Assembly (NCBI GenBank): GCA_051362555.1 | Contig: CM120643.1 | Coordinates: 13,738,644-13,802,643 of the forward strand | Direction: 5' to 3' | Origin: Lingula anatina | Taxonomy: Eukaryota; Animalia; Brachiopoda | Length of the DNA: 64,000 bases | In this document: positions 25,670 through 38,400 of the stretch, piece by piece | How positions within the stretch are numbered: position 1 is the first letter of the stretch | Layout: each line of letters opens with the position of its first letter | Program-made: the position numbers and the translations under genes | The notes under the pieces: generated by a model | Told to the model about the DNA's origin: nothing | The model's database searches: none | The model's input: the letters and a program-made list of their open reading frames with translations, nothing else

Positions 25670-27501
25670 ATGGCCGAGGCACTGGCAGCAGCTTTCGCAG
25701 ACAAACTATTGACATGTAGCATTTGTTTAGGAGAGTACGAGGACCCCCGTGTGCTGCCTTGCTACCATACATTTTGCTATGGCTGTATATGTGACCATGC
25801 TACACAGACTATTACTCCAAAAAGGACATTTTTGTGTCCCCTTTGTAGAGAGGAGATACAATTTCCAAGGGAAGGACTTGTGAAATTGAAAAAAGATTTC
25901 CGTATTCACACAACAAAAGAACTTCTCAGCCAGCAACAGCAGCATGAAGTACCATTAACAATTAAAGAAACTGATGTGCAAGGAGTGACACATGGTGTCT
26001 CACAAGTGATGATCAAATGTGAGAAGCATCCTTCAAATGAACTGAAATACTATTGTGAAGATGATGATACTGTTGTATGTGGTGACTGTGTATCACCAGA
26101 ACACTACAGACATGGTATATTGTGCCAGTTGAAAAAGCTGCAAATACCAACAGAAAAAGGATAAAAACTGTCCTTGTGCAAACTTTGCCAAAACTGAACA
26201 TGTTCAAAGAAGCAGTTGCAAAGGAAACAGCCACTGAAATAAAAGAATCGCAAATCATGGCAGCCTCCATCAACAAAATCAAAGAACAGGCTCAACGTAT
26301 TCGAAGATTAGTTGATCAGAGGGAGCAGATAATGATATCAGAAGTATTTTCTGCATGTGATATCAGAAAAAAGCAGGTGGGGGCTAACAAGGAAACCCTT
26401 GAACTTCACCATGCATCCTTGCACAGTGCGTGCAATTTTGCTCAGGAACTTCTCACAAATGGTTCTGCCTCTGACATCATGATTCACACTAAAGCTCTGA
26501 CAGAGAGATTAACAGCCATGGAAAAAATGCCAGTGCCAACTCCAGACACACCAACACAGATTTCTTACAGCCCTGGTAAGATATCTCGTGCCAGACTGGA
26601 CGCCATGTTAGGACAGGTGAAAATAAAGTCAAAGCCTCCTAGACTTTCTAGCCTGGAAGAAAATCTACCAAATCCAAGATCAGCACCACATCTACCCTTT
26701 TTCTTGGAGAAGGCAGGATGTATGCATTCCTTCAATCCTAAACTCAAATATGATAAAAGTATGTCCGTAAGTGGGCTGGCCATAGATGAACAACATATGT
26801 ATCTTGTAGATAACAGTAATAACAGAACAAAGGTATTCACACATGAAGGGCAATTCAAGTTACAAATAAAGCTAAATGGTCCATTTGATGTGGCTGTGTC
26901 ACAGAATGGTCAACTGTATATAACATCACTGGGTGACCAGTGTGTCCAAGTGTACTCAATCAGAGGTCAGCAAGTGACAACCATGGGTCAGGGTTTACTG
27001 GGACGTCCATATGGTGTAACACTGAACAGACAAGGTCATGTGATGGTCTGTGACAAGGGAAAAAAATCCATCTTCACATTCCATGCAGACAGTGGACAGC
27101 TCCTGAACACTTTTCCACTCAGTATGTGTAAACTCCCAATGTACATCACAGTGAACAGTGTGAATGAAAACATTGTGATATCAGACTGGGGCAATGACTG
27201 TGTACATGTGCTGTCACCTACTGGTGATCAGCTGTACCAGTATGGCAACACAGAAGGCAGTGGTGTTGGTCAGCTGAGGTTACCATGGGGAGTGTGCACA
27301 GACAGCTATGGTCACATCTTCATTGCTGACAATGGTAACCACAAGATAGTGGCACTGAGTCCACAAGGACAGTTTACCAGATACATTGCCACTGAGGAGG
27401 ATGGGCTGAAGTATCCCAGAGCATTAGCCATCAACCCTGCTGGTCAGCTGGTGGTTGCAGAGGGCAGGGGTCAAGTTAAGACATTCCAGAATCTACAATA
27501 A
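25670..27501 (+). pseudogene. Intronless TRIM-NHL E3 ligase (RING, B-box, coiled coil, NHL repeats; TRIM2/3-like) split by a frameshift at ~26116-26121
   Basis: ORF 25670-26164 has a RING (CSICLGEYEDPRVLPCYHTFCYGCI..CPLCR) and a B-box (CEKH..YYCEDDDTVVCGDC..H..H). ORF 26122-27501 continues in another frame with coiled coil and NHL repeats (GPFDVAV, PWGVCTDSYGHIFIADNGNHKI). The family call is solid; pseudogene versus assembly error is unresolved. Confidence 0.8.
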
Positions 27502-28239
27502 GAAAACCAATGATTACAATATAATATGACAACACACAGACGCATATAGTAATGATCCCTTTTTTGTCATGATATACTTGGAGGTTACCAGCCATTTACT
27601 GATACAAATTATACCAATTATTATAATGTACGTACAAGTGGGCAGCCAAGGGGCAACAACTGCTCCTGCTGATATGATCATTTATAATGATACAAAAAAA
27701 AAAAAAAGAATGTCTTTTAATTTTGAATACCTGTTTTAACAGTGTGTTACTCTGACATAATGTTATTCAATTTGTATGTGGATATTGCTTTGTATTGAAT
27801 TCCTTGCAAAATTTAATTTTTGTTGGAATTTTTCATTACTCTTTTTAGAATTGAATGAAGTAAGTTTATATTTTTGAAAAATTAACAAATATAGTAGCTC
27901 TTTTGCTTTGAGCCAACAAGTTTTGAGTGTTGGATGAGATAAACTGCTTCCTGTTATAGTAGAAACATTCTGTCAAACTGACTTGTTTATATTTGTTCGA
28001 CTTATTTATTGCAGAAAAACTTGAAAATTATATCATATTTTGTAAAAAAAAAAAGCTCAACTAAAACAGCTTTCAACAATTAAACTTATATTTGTGAAAG
28101 AAAAATTTTATTGTAAAGGTTTGATAATGAATCTTATTTTCATTAAAACAAATTTTCAATACAAACTTTTAACAAATACAATAGAAATTTTAAAATGTTT
28201 ATCAACATCAGGATAACAATGTGAAAGTCATATTTTTGG

Positions 28240-30332
28240 TCATACATGACAATTGTTGTGGCATGCATTCTTTAGTTCTGAAATACAAGGACACACCCAA
28301 TCTGCAACTGGTACATTCTTTTCTTTTTCAGTCCTGTCGAAATATTTAAGTGTCACATGGTGGGCTGACAAACTGTCACTTGTGCAATTAGTAAGTTGAT
28401 TAATATCACCAAATGTCACACATTTCTCGTCTTTCAATCTGTCTCTGGTCACAATACTAGACTCCACAGATGAACAGCTCTTTCCACCTTGAACATCAAG
28501 GCCAATGTTTGACCTCTGACCTCTTTTGACTTCACCAATGTTTGACACCTGACCTTTGACCTCATCATAATTTAATCTTTGACAACGATTAGTACAGAGC
28601 AAGGCATCCTTTCGAGTCCCGTTATGCAGTATCTGCATTTTTTGCCATGGAGGATGGAGCCTGATGAAGGTCTTCGGTTGAATGCTCAGTCTCTGAACAA
28701 TTGGAATAGACAGGAGGACAAGAACCTCCTCCTCCTCTTCCTCTTCCTCCTTACAGGTTTGGCACTCAGCCAGATACAAAGAGCACTCCTTGGACATGCT
28801 TTTCACAAAGAAATTGGCACATTTGGAAATATCTGGAATTGCAAATATGAATCCAAATTTAAACAGCATACTGGTTTAAAATATCTGAAATTAAATTGGC
28901 ATCACATTAAAATTCATTTATGAAACACATATATGTGCCATGAAGACCAGTCAATTTGGAGCCAGCTTTTAAGCTCTGATCTAGTTGTACAGGAGTAAAA
29001 AGATAAATATATACTGGGTGCATGCAGCAGCTTGGTGAAGGGATGAAAACAAAGAACACTAGGAAAAGAGAACTATTCACTTCCACAGGATATGTGTTGT
29101 TTTTTTTAAACATATGAAACAAAAACAAAACAAAATACAACTCCCAATTCTTAATGAAGGAATCTTTTAAAACTTTAGTCATGAGACAGCCCTCCCTCTC
29201 CCATTACATTTACATCTCCCAGTATGCAAGGACAGATTAGGATGGCCATGTTTGTCTTTCAGATGATGTTAGAATTTAAAAAATATTCTATTAAATAAAA
29301 AGCAGGTATAAATTCAGTACTCAAAATTCATTTTGGAAGACTATTAGTCTGGATCTTTAGTCTAGTCCACGGATCAATCGGTTGTGAATGCTCTCTAAAA
29401 CATTTCCCTCTATCCTATTCCTCATACTACCTTGTATTTGCCCAGCTGCTAGCTGGTGCTGCCAGAATCTTAGTGCTGTTTTCTCTCTGGACTGTAGAGT
29501 ACATAACTGCTGTGCAAGGCCACCTCTGGAACCAGAAACACATGCTGAGTGAAGTTATTTTAGAAAAACATTTTTTTTTTAAACAACGTTTATTCAAAAG
29601 AATGAAGTGGAGGCAAGGCGCTGGGAGCATTATATGCTCTCATGTTTCTCATGTTAATAGCAGATAGCAATTAAAATGTTAATTGCTGGCAGTTATTAAC
29701 TAATGTAAGTTATTATGATGAAAACAGTTTTTCACGACTACAAGGTAACTGAGGCTGTTGTCAAATGACCTGGTCAAATAAATTCAAGTCCATCAAACTC
29801 TTTATAATTTGCACAAGATTTGAGTAATTATCAATATGACAAATGTACAATTATATTTCTTAAAATGTGAACATGAACTTTTAAAAAGCGCAGAAGTGAA
29901 TTCAAATTAATTGATCATTTTACTTGGTAAATTTCTGTTTCTTTTTCGCCGAGTCCTCAGGAATGACCTCTTGGGCAGGTGACCCTTGACTGGACTTCTG
30001 GGGTGTTTTGAGGGTCTTGGCCCACTCACTGCCCCTCATCCCTGCTCCCTCTGGACCACGATCAGACGTCTGTGTGGAGAGAATTGAGGTACCACTGCTG
30101 ATGTCAACAGATTCACTTTCCTGAAATATAAACAAAAATCATCTTTATACATTTGTTTTTTGTTCATAAAATAATTGTTGACTAATGACTTCTTTTCAAA
30201 TATTGTGGCACATCCACCTATTTATTTAAGAAAATGTAATTTTTTGCAGAAAATACAATTAAATTTTTCCTTGTTAATGTGGTGCAGTAGTTATTGTGTT
30301 AAACAGATTTTTTATATTGGCTGGAAAAAAAA

Positions 30333-30395
<63 letters not shown>

Positions 30396-32148
30396 TACCT
30401 AACTCGTAGCTTAAACAAGTGTAGTTTAGAGTGTGAGCCCATTAAGAATAGGAGATCCAGATCAAATATGGGGGACTAATCTGCTGATGCCCTCCCTGCC
30501 TCCACACATGCCATTAAATGGATAAAATCATGGCTCCGAGGTCTAATTTCTAGACCCCCGCAAGAACGGTGAGTGTGGAGGAGGGGAGACCATCAGCGTA
30601 TTAGTCAGTGGATCAGAAGGTCCTCGGATCTTCAATTCTGAATGGGCTCTATGTTTAATACTTAGTTTTATCAAACTGTATTCAAACCTGCTGCTGTGAT
30701 AGGCTGGTGTGATTTTCTTCTATATCGGATATATCAGGGTCTTCATCCATTACAAGTGGCTCCTGAATCTCATTCTCATTCTGGTTTAAAGACTGTGCTC
30801 CTGACAAAGAGCTCCAGCTGGATATGCTCCCCTGAGTAGACTGAAGAGCAGAACAAGGCAGCAAAGCTGTCATATGTACAGAGTAGACTAAAGAGCAGAA
30901 AAATCAATACCACTGATACATTGTAGGAGGCATTAAAAATAATTGTTAGTAGTGATAAAACATAAAATAAAAGTAACAGTGATATAAAAGATACAGATTC
31001 TCTGTTTTCAACTTATCAAAGTAGCAGTGTGGAGTTTCCTATTCCTTTTTTTTTTAATTAGTTTTATTATCTTAATATTTGCTTGCTCTAATTTTGTCTC
31101 AAATATATTTACTGGAAGGTACAAAAGGCTGCCAAATTTGGGAAAGTATTCCAGTTGATTTAAAAATTTTAGCCATAAACAATGATGAATACCAAAACAA
31201 TATTTGATGATTTTATACATTATGTATTTTTACAATTATTGTTTCCTTTACCAAGCATCTGCTAATCTTGTACAGTAAACAGTTATATCTTACTGTAAGC
31301 TGGAAGTCCATTTTGACAAATTCCTTTGGTTGCTTAAGCATGTTTGGAGTTTGAATTGAGAAAGTTGGTGAACAATCACGGCTGTCATCACTTGATGCCC
31401 AATCTATTTTCCCTTCCATCACTTCTAGATCTGAAGCACAAGATTTCTTTTAATCCCCTCATCTGCCTCAATTAACACAGAGAGAGAGAGAGAGAGAGAG
31501 AGTTTCCATAACATTGTCATGAAAATAAATCTTTCTGTCAATTTTAATGATACTCAGTACATACCAACTTACCTTCCAAATCACTCAATGCTTCGATGTC
31601 CTTTTCTTTTGCCAGATTCCCATGTGAAGATATACTGAGTGTCTGAAAAGACTTTCGCCTAAAACCAAATTTTGAACAAAAAATAAATGTGTGAAATTGA
31701 ACATCACAAAAAGAAAGTCAGGTATTCTGGTGGATTTCTGTGTAAAACAATTTTTTTTTTTAGATTTATAACAAAAATAGATGTACAGAAAAAAGCCCTA
31801 TCAAATAAGTACCTTCTCTTGTCTGTTATGTCTTGAACAAATCCATCAAATCCATCCATTCGTCGTTGCCAGTCACTTGTTTCTTCCTGTTCTTGATGCC
31901 ATTTTCTCTTCTTGGCAAATGTGCATTTCTTACTGGAAAGCTTTACTGGAGATTCATATTCTATTACTAAGTTACTGTTATCATCCATGGAGTATCTGAA
32001 AAGGGGTAAACAATGATCTTTTTTTTTTTTTTTTACATAAGAATATACTGGTACTTAACTAATATATAAGGATTTTAAAAAACCTCTTATGAAACAAGTT
32101 GTATATTGACCCATTAGAGCCTGCGTCATCAAAACAAACGGCAGCCAT
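28240..32148 (-). CDS. SPIDR: SPIDR-like DNA-repair scaffold protein, N-terminal (DUF4502) part only, ~493 aa, 8 exons
   Basis: Exons 32111-32148 (weak donor, least certain), 31813-31995, 31573-31658, 31294-31430, 30688-30840, 29924-30120, 29431-29525, 28240-28832. GSEWAKTLKTPQK..PEDSAKKKQKFTKGGLAQQLCTLQSREKTALRFWQHQ and ECSLYLAEC..FIRLHPPWQKMQI match SPIDR motifs (PEDSAKKK..GGLAERL..RERSAISLWRHQ; VRIFPPWQKL). Confidence 0.85.
30434..30650. mobile_element. Harbinger-like MITE in a SPIDR intron
   Basis: TIR gagcccattaagaat...attctgaatgggctc. The internal ctccctgcctccac and gaggggagaccatcag segments are shared with 39261-39561. Confidence 0.7.
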
Positions 32149-33419
32149 ACTGGAGGGAGACCGGAATCGTCTGCTGCGCATGAACAAGCCATGTCTGTAG
32201 TTCAGTTTTCGTTTTCTGTATTTTTTTTTCATATTTAACCGAGCAAAATGATGAATTACTGCAGGGTATTTGATCGAGAGAAGGTAACTTACTTTACAAG
32301 CGTTCACAGACTGCCTGCAGTGGTAAAAATCCATGGTGAAGGAACTAAAACCATAAACGGAGGAGAGACGGCGAGGTGGCTTTGAATCAAGACTCTTCGG
32401 AAAAGTAAAGGATAAAACTAATTTATTTAATAGCAAAGAATGAAGAGCCAACTGTGCAGATTTACCATAAAAGAAAAAACAGTAGAACACCAAAGACCTA
32501 GGTGTGTGCGTTTGGGGCGCACGTATATATTTAAAGTAGTGCCCAAAAAGTGTGGATGGAGAGTGTGTTAATTTGTTAAAACGTGTGGAAATACCCAGGC
32601 AGGGTTTCGACTTTTATAATGAAGAATCACCTATTGCCTTGGGTGTAATTTGTTATCAGTTACGGTGCTCTCTAGATTTTATCGGCTGTCACCTACCTCT
32701 TTTATACCTGGTTAGCATTATTCTCAATTAGTGTCAAGGCTATATTTGTACTGTACACAGCTGAGCTGGGCCAATTAAATCAATTACCTGTATGAAGTGT
32801 ATTTGGAAGTTGGTGGCTTAATTTTCGATTTGGTGTAGTGATAAGAGTAATTTTATTTTGCAAGTAAATTCTACCTCAGGTGTAATTGACATATAACTTT
32901 AATAATCTCATGAAATAATTTTGCACTTTCCTCTGTAAAAATGTTAAATTCTGCTCCTTTCAACTGTAATGTTGTAAGTTATAATATGAATAAAAATCAC
33001 TATTGTTATCTTTCTATTAATTTAGATTTACATGTAGGAAATTGATCAGGCATTTCCCACCAAGCCACACTGATTGGGTGCAAGTAAATTATTTAAAAAA
33101 AAAAAAAAAAAAACGGAAGCTTTTGATGACAGGTACAAAAGGCAGCTAGATGACACACAAGGTAGAAGCAGCAAAAAATATTCCTAGATCTCTGTGACCA
33201 GCTGAGGAGACAGGATCTGAACATCAGGAGAGTGAAATCCAGTGCATGACAGGAGTTATTTAATTGAAGCAACACTCAGAACTCAGCATATCATGTTCAC
33301 TTTTATTCATACAAAATGTGCACTTTTCACATATGTTTAAGCAAATGGTTGCAGAAATCAATTCATGAACTGAATTATTATTTTACATTGGACATCATAA
33401 ATACATGATTGTGAAAAAT

Positions 33420-34430
33420 GCCTTGCTTCTGTGAATGACTGAATAATAATAAAATCCTAACAATGTTGCTTATATGAATGGTTGCATTCATGGTGAATAT
33501 TAAACTCTCTCAAACAACAGTCTCGTTACATGTACTTTCTAATGAACCAAAATGAAGTACAAGAATGCTGAAATAATTAAAAAAGTTGATGATGGTATAG
33601 AGCAAATGTTCTGCATACTTTACTTCTGTACTGTATAAACAATAGCATCTGAAAATCCCCAATATAGTTAGGCTTTACATTAAAAAAAGAGAACAACAAA
33701 TACCTGATATTGCAGTTTTAAAGTAAATTTAAAATACATGAATTTTGTTCACTGAATACCTAGCAAAATATTCTCAATGCAAATGGTATATAAAATTTTA
33801 TAAAATCAGTTTGATACAATACTTTTTATGACAGTAGATGTATTTTGAAAACTTATTTACAACACAACTCACCAGCTTTATTTTGATACAAAGGACACGT
33901 CTTTTTCATCATTGACATAATTTCTATTGCTCCATTGATATCAAGTGTATAGTCCCATGGCAAATTCCCATTCTCTAAGTCCCACTTAAACTGAGGTTTG
34001 AGGATATTTGTAGTGCCTAACAAATGCTTCTGTGAATGACTGAACTAATAATAAAATGCTAACAATGCTGCTTATATGAATGAACAACAGTCTTGTTACA
34101 TGTACTTTCTAATGAACCAATATGAAGTACAAGAATGCTGAAATAATTTCTGACAGCTTCACGATGTAAAGATAAGTCATAACTAACAGCAATATTTCAT
34201 GTCATAAGACAATCATACATTCTTCCTTGAATCCACAAGGGTTTATCCTAATGATCAGCTCAATTTTTTTATATCTATCCTTTATGAAAACAGTTGCTTC
34301 TATTTATGGTTAAACTTATGATTACACATTAAACTCTCTCAAACTATAACTGTTATTACCCAATGAACAAGAAAAATGAAGTACAAGATAACTGAACTAT
34401 CTTCTGACAACACGATGTTGGGTAAGTAGC
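33420..34430. repeat. Three degenerate dispersed direct repeats upstream of SPIDR
   Basis: Blocks resembling aatgaacca.aatgaagtacaagaatgctgaaataatt at ~33540, ~34110 and ~34360. tgcttctgtgaatgactgaa...aacaatg.tgcttatatgaatg occurs at ~33424 and ~34025. Confidence 0.75.
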
Positions 34431-34619
34431 ATTTAGTAGGATTTCACGTTTTTAGACTGTCTTGAGTTCATATCGGTCGATCCCGCTGATCAGCTGAAGC
34501 CTCAGCTTGTATATATCCTTTTCCCTTTGGTGTCCTTGATCGTGATATGAAGTTTACTTTATTTTATTTGGTTTACCTATATTTACGCTACTATTCCCCG
34601 TCGTTCATTCCCTCCAGCA

Positions 34620-34690
34620 TGGCCGCGGGACTAGTGTTACGGAGCAAATATGACGTCACTGTAATCGGTTAATAGGGAAGCTATTGGTGA
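34620..34690 (-). promoter_or_regulatory. Putative promoter with a CRE site and CCAAT box, divergent from EDC4
   Basis: Perfect TGACGTCA at 34651-34658, CCAAT on the minus strand at 34683-34687, a CpG patch, and a minus-strand donor TAG|GTAAAC at ~34576. Confidence 0.5.
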
Positions 34691-35483
34691 AAATTTTCCA
34701 TGAAAAGGGAATTTTTAATACCGCTTTTACTTTAAACACATTTTAATTCCAACTTTCACTCATCAAAAATTAATAATAATAATAATAATAATAACAATAA
34801 ACAAATCAATCTAAACTACATCCAAAATGTTTTGGTTGCAACAGTAAATAATTTGCCTTTTTGAATGTACCTGTGTTTTGCTTCACAACAAATAGAGTTA
34901 AATCTACAGACAGGTACATTAGTCTACGTCTACATGTAAGTTTTGACCAGTTTGTAAAGCGCTGTGATTTTCGCCCTCGATTGTATTTCAATACAATAAA
35001 ATCAGTTTGAGATTTAGAATTTACAGAAGGAGCACTATGAACAATTCCAACGGAAAATGAGTTGAACAATTACTTAACAGATGTCTTGATTTGTTCAGCG
35101 TATGTGTTACGCTTTCTGAGGCCAAGCTTTTGTTTTGCCTCTTGTCCCGCTAAATGCTTTCCCTACCTTTAAATTAAAAAGAGCGTTGAATGATAAACTC
35201 AAACATAATCAATGAAAAGATTATGTTAACCAAAAATTCGCTTTAAGCATAGGTTTCAAAGAAATACAGAGAACATAAGTTATTATGAGGTAAGTTTCCA
35301 CTGACAAAGAAAACAGAAATATTGCCTTTTGTTACTAAAACAAAAACTGGGTTATGAGATTACACGTGTAAGTGCTCACGGACGATTGTCGTAAAAGCGG
35401 CATTTCGTGCATGCTGAATTTGACAAGATATTGTAGTTCTTAAAACATTGGTTTATGCAAGTGACAAGCGTAAAGCTAACGTA

Positions 35484-38400
35484 ATGGAAACCTCCAGTGG
35501 AAGTTCGTCCTTCAACACGACCGAGGCCAGCCAGCTTTTGAAGGACATATTGCAAGGAAACACAGGTAAATGTGTGAGCAAATACTGGCATTGGTAATAT
35601 TAAGTTGAACAAGCAAATTAATGTTAATACGCTAAGAAGTTATAACGTAATATGTTAGGCATGCGATTTATTGAAGCGATTTTGCAAGACCTGATATGAT
35701 GTAAATAGTAAAAAAACTGCTTATTGTAATACAGTATGCCCCCCACTTTTTGAAATACCAATCGTTTTCCATTCATCTCATAAAGCATTAGGTGTCAAAG
35801 TAAAAATATGATTGACAATTTTTATGCATTTATTCATTTTTTTCACCAAGGTGTTTCCAGCATATCAAGTTCTGTCACTGATGGAGATTTTGCCAGGTCT
35901 GCAAGGTAATTCTTTAATATAACCAAGTATCCAGGAATGCTTAATATGTCTGGGGAATTTTATGCTAAAATGGTCAGATATGTTAATTCTCTTTACTTTT
36001 TCTGCATTTTTCATTCATTTGTTATTATAGGGATATCAGTGGAGAGTCAGGTGCCAGTTTTGCAGATGCGGTGAAGGCACACCTGCCAAAACAGCAGATG
36101 TAAGTATAAGACTGGGTTCCCATATCTAGATCAATCTAACAGGACCGATCCATCTCCAAGGGCTTTCTCGCTTAGTTGTTTTAGATGTCTGGCACGCCTA
36201 ATTAAGCTGCCAAACAATAATTTATTACTCCCTAGCAGCTTCAGTAGGCATGACAGACATCTAAGCCGCTTAAGTTGATTGGAATTTAGCGAGAATCCCC
36301 TTGGAGATAGATCAATCCACAGCTAGTATGATAGGGTGTGGGAATGGTCCCTAAAACTAAACAAGAAAATGTCATGGCCACCCATTGGAAATTACATTTG
36401 AGTTAATAAAGACTTTCTGCGGGATAATTTACGTACGAAAATTGATAAAACTACAATTTTTAAGATGACTCATTGAAATGTTGAACTTATTAATTTTTTA
36501 ATTCTCTTTTCCTCAGAATTTTACAAGGAAATGACAGTGCCAATAGTTTTAGTGTATATGGGAGAGATGTTAGTATCATTGCCAGTCAGGCCAGTGGTGC
36601 CGCTGAGAGAGTTCCAGCCAGTAATAAGGTACAGACTTATAAATTAAAAAAAAGAATAAAGTAATTTTTCTTCAATCAACAGCTTAAAGGGATATCAAAT
36701 GTTCATATGAGATCTTTATTTCACAACAAATACATTGTAAATGAATTCTCTTTTAAAAACCAAAACAGCAGTTATCACAATTGTTCTGAAATCTGTTCTT
36801 GCTATCGGACCAGAATTAAGTAAACATGTTTAATAATGAGAGTGCAAAAAGTTGTAATGTCATCAATGGCATGTGAAAACAACAACCCTTTTCTTGCAGT
36901 ACTGGTAATTTTTAGACCAAACAGTGATAAATTTCACAGAAAAATACAAAGTAAGTTTTTATAATTACTGCCATCCTGAGGTTCTGTAACTGTAGTTATA
37001 ATATTTATTCTCTTTTGAAGGTGAAAATCACCCCAATGGTAAATTTTGAATGGGAGCCCAAATACTACATTGGGAACTTGGTAGCTATACACAGGGATGG
37101 GATACACATGTCATATGTTCTGACAGGTGAGAAAACCATGTGGTGTACAGTATATCATGGATAAAAGCTTTCCCACTATCAGTGACTAGAATAGCATCCT
37201 GAGTGTCACTGTTCAATATGATGACCAATATTAGTTGTTACAGTAAAGCTTTCTTATTACTGCCTTTCATTGTTGTTGCTTCAGGTGCATGGAAAGTTTG
37301 TAGATGAGTTTCATGTTATTTATCAAGGAAAGAGAGAACTTTGAATGTATATTTATACTTGCTTTTAAAAATGTACTTGTATGAAGTGTTATACAACTGA
37401 ATGCCAGTGAAACTTTTGTTTATGAAGAAACTCATCATACAACATGAAACAACTGTATATTTTTTAAACTACTGATTCACCATTTTTGAAATTAATTAAC
37501 TAAATTATTTTAAAAATACATAATTTGAAAAAAAAAAATAAAAAGCAAAAAAGTCATAATTGCAAGTAAGATTTCAAAAAATAAAATGTCGTATTTTTCA
37601 AATTATTTTTACATGATTGTCTACATGTCTCTTCAGGCACAGGTTTGTAAACTTTTATAATCAATAGAATCTAGATGTATTGCTAAGCTTTTAGGTTAGG
37701 TTTAATTTATATATTAACCACTATGGTCAAGGAAATCAGAAATCTGGGATAGTAAAAGAGATTTGTGATGATGATTATGTCAAGGAAAATAATAGTCGTA
37801 CCTAAGTCTTCTTGTGCTTCTCAGAATTCCAGTTTTTGCATGCTGAACTTGCTATGTAATGCTTATTAGAGAGTTTCCGTTGCCGGTGAGATACGCCGGC
37901 TAGATTAATACGTCATCGGTTTGTGCGCACTTGTGACGTTCACCGCATTCATATTCCATCATCCCATCTAGTCTGCGGAATACAAGCGCTCCTATCTAGC
38001 CAGTGCGGAATATTATTGAAAATAGTTATTTAAGGTTATGTTTGCTAATTTATATGACTTATATACTTTTTTTTACAATAGTTCAAGTGTACGTTCATGC
38101 AAATTTCGACTTTTTAACAGAGAGGAGCCGCTAGTTTTGGTTTATCAGGCACGTAGTCGGGGGTTGATCGTGGGGTTCTTACGAACCGCCATTTTTGTTG
38201 GGAAAAATTGCACTTTTGGGTAATATTTGTCTCCTTTTTCATTAAAAATAATCCCCCCCTTGGAAATAGATGGCTACGGGGCCGTATATTGTTATTATTA
38301 TATTGGAATGAGCGCCAGCATTCCGGGACATTACCGGAACGCGAAGAGAGAAGCGCATTACTGGATACATTAGCACATACGTAACAATCTAGCCGTCGTA

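Noticed and set aside
26100-26170. Programmed ribosomal frameshift in the TRIM gene
   Set aside because: No canonical slippery heptamer or obvious stimulatory structure at the frame junction. A simple indel is more parsimonious.
33420-34430. Repeats as C/D-box snoRNAs
   Set aside because: ATGA and CTGA words occur, but I found no canonical RTGATGA box C with a terminal stem or a recognisable rRNA guide. This needs an Rfam scan and is not supportable by eye.
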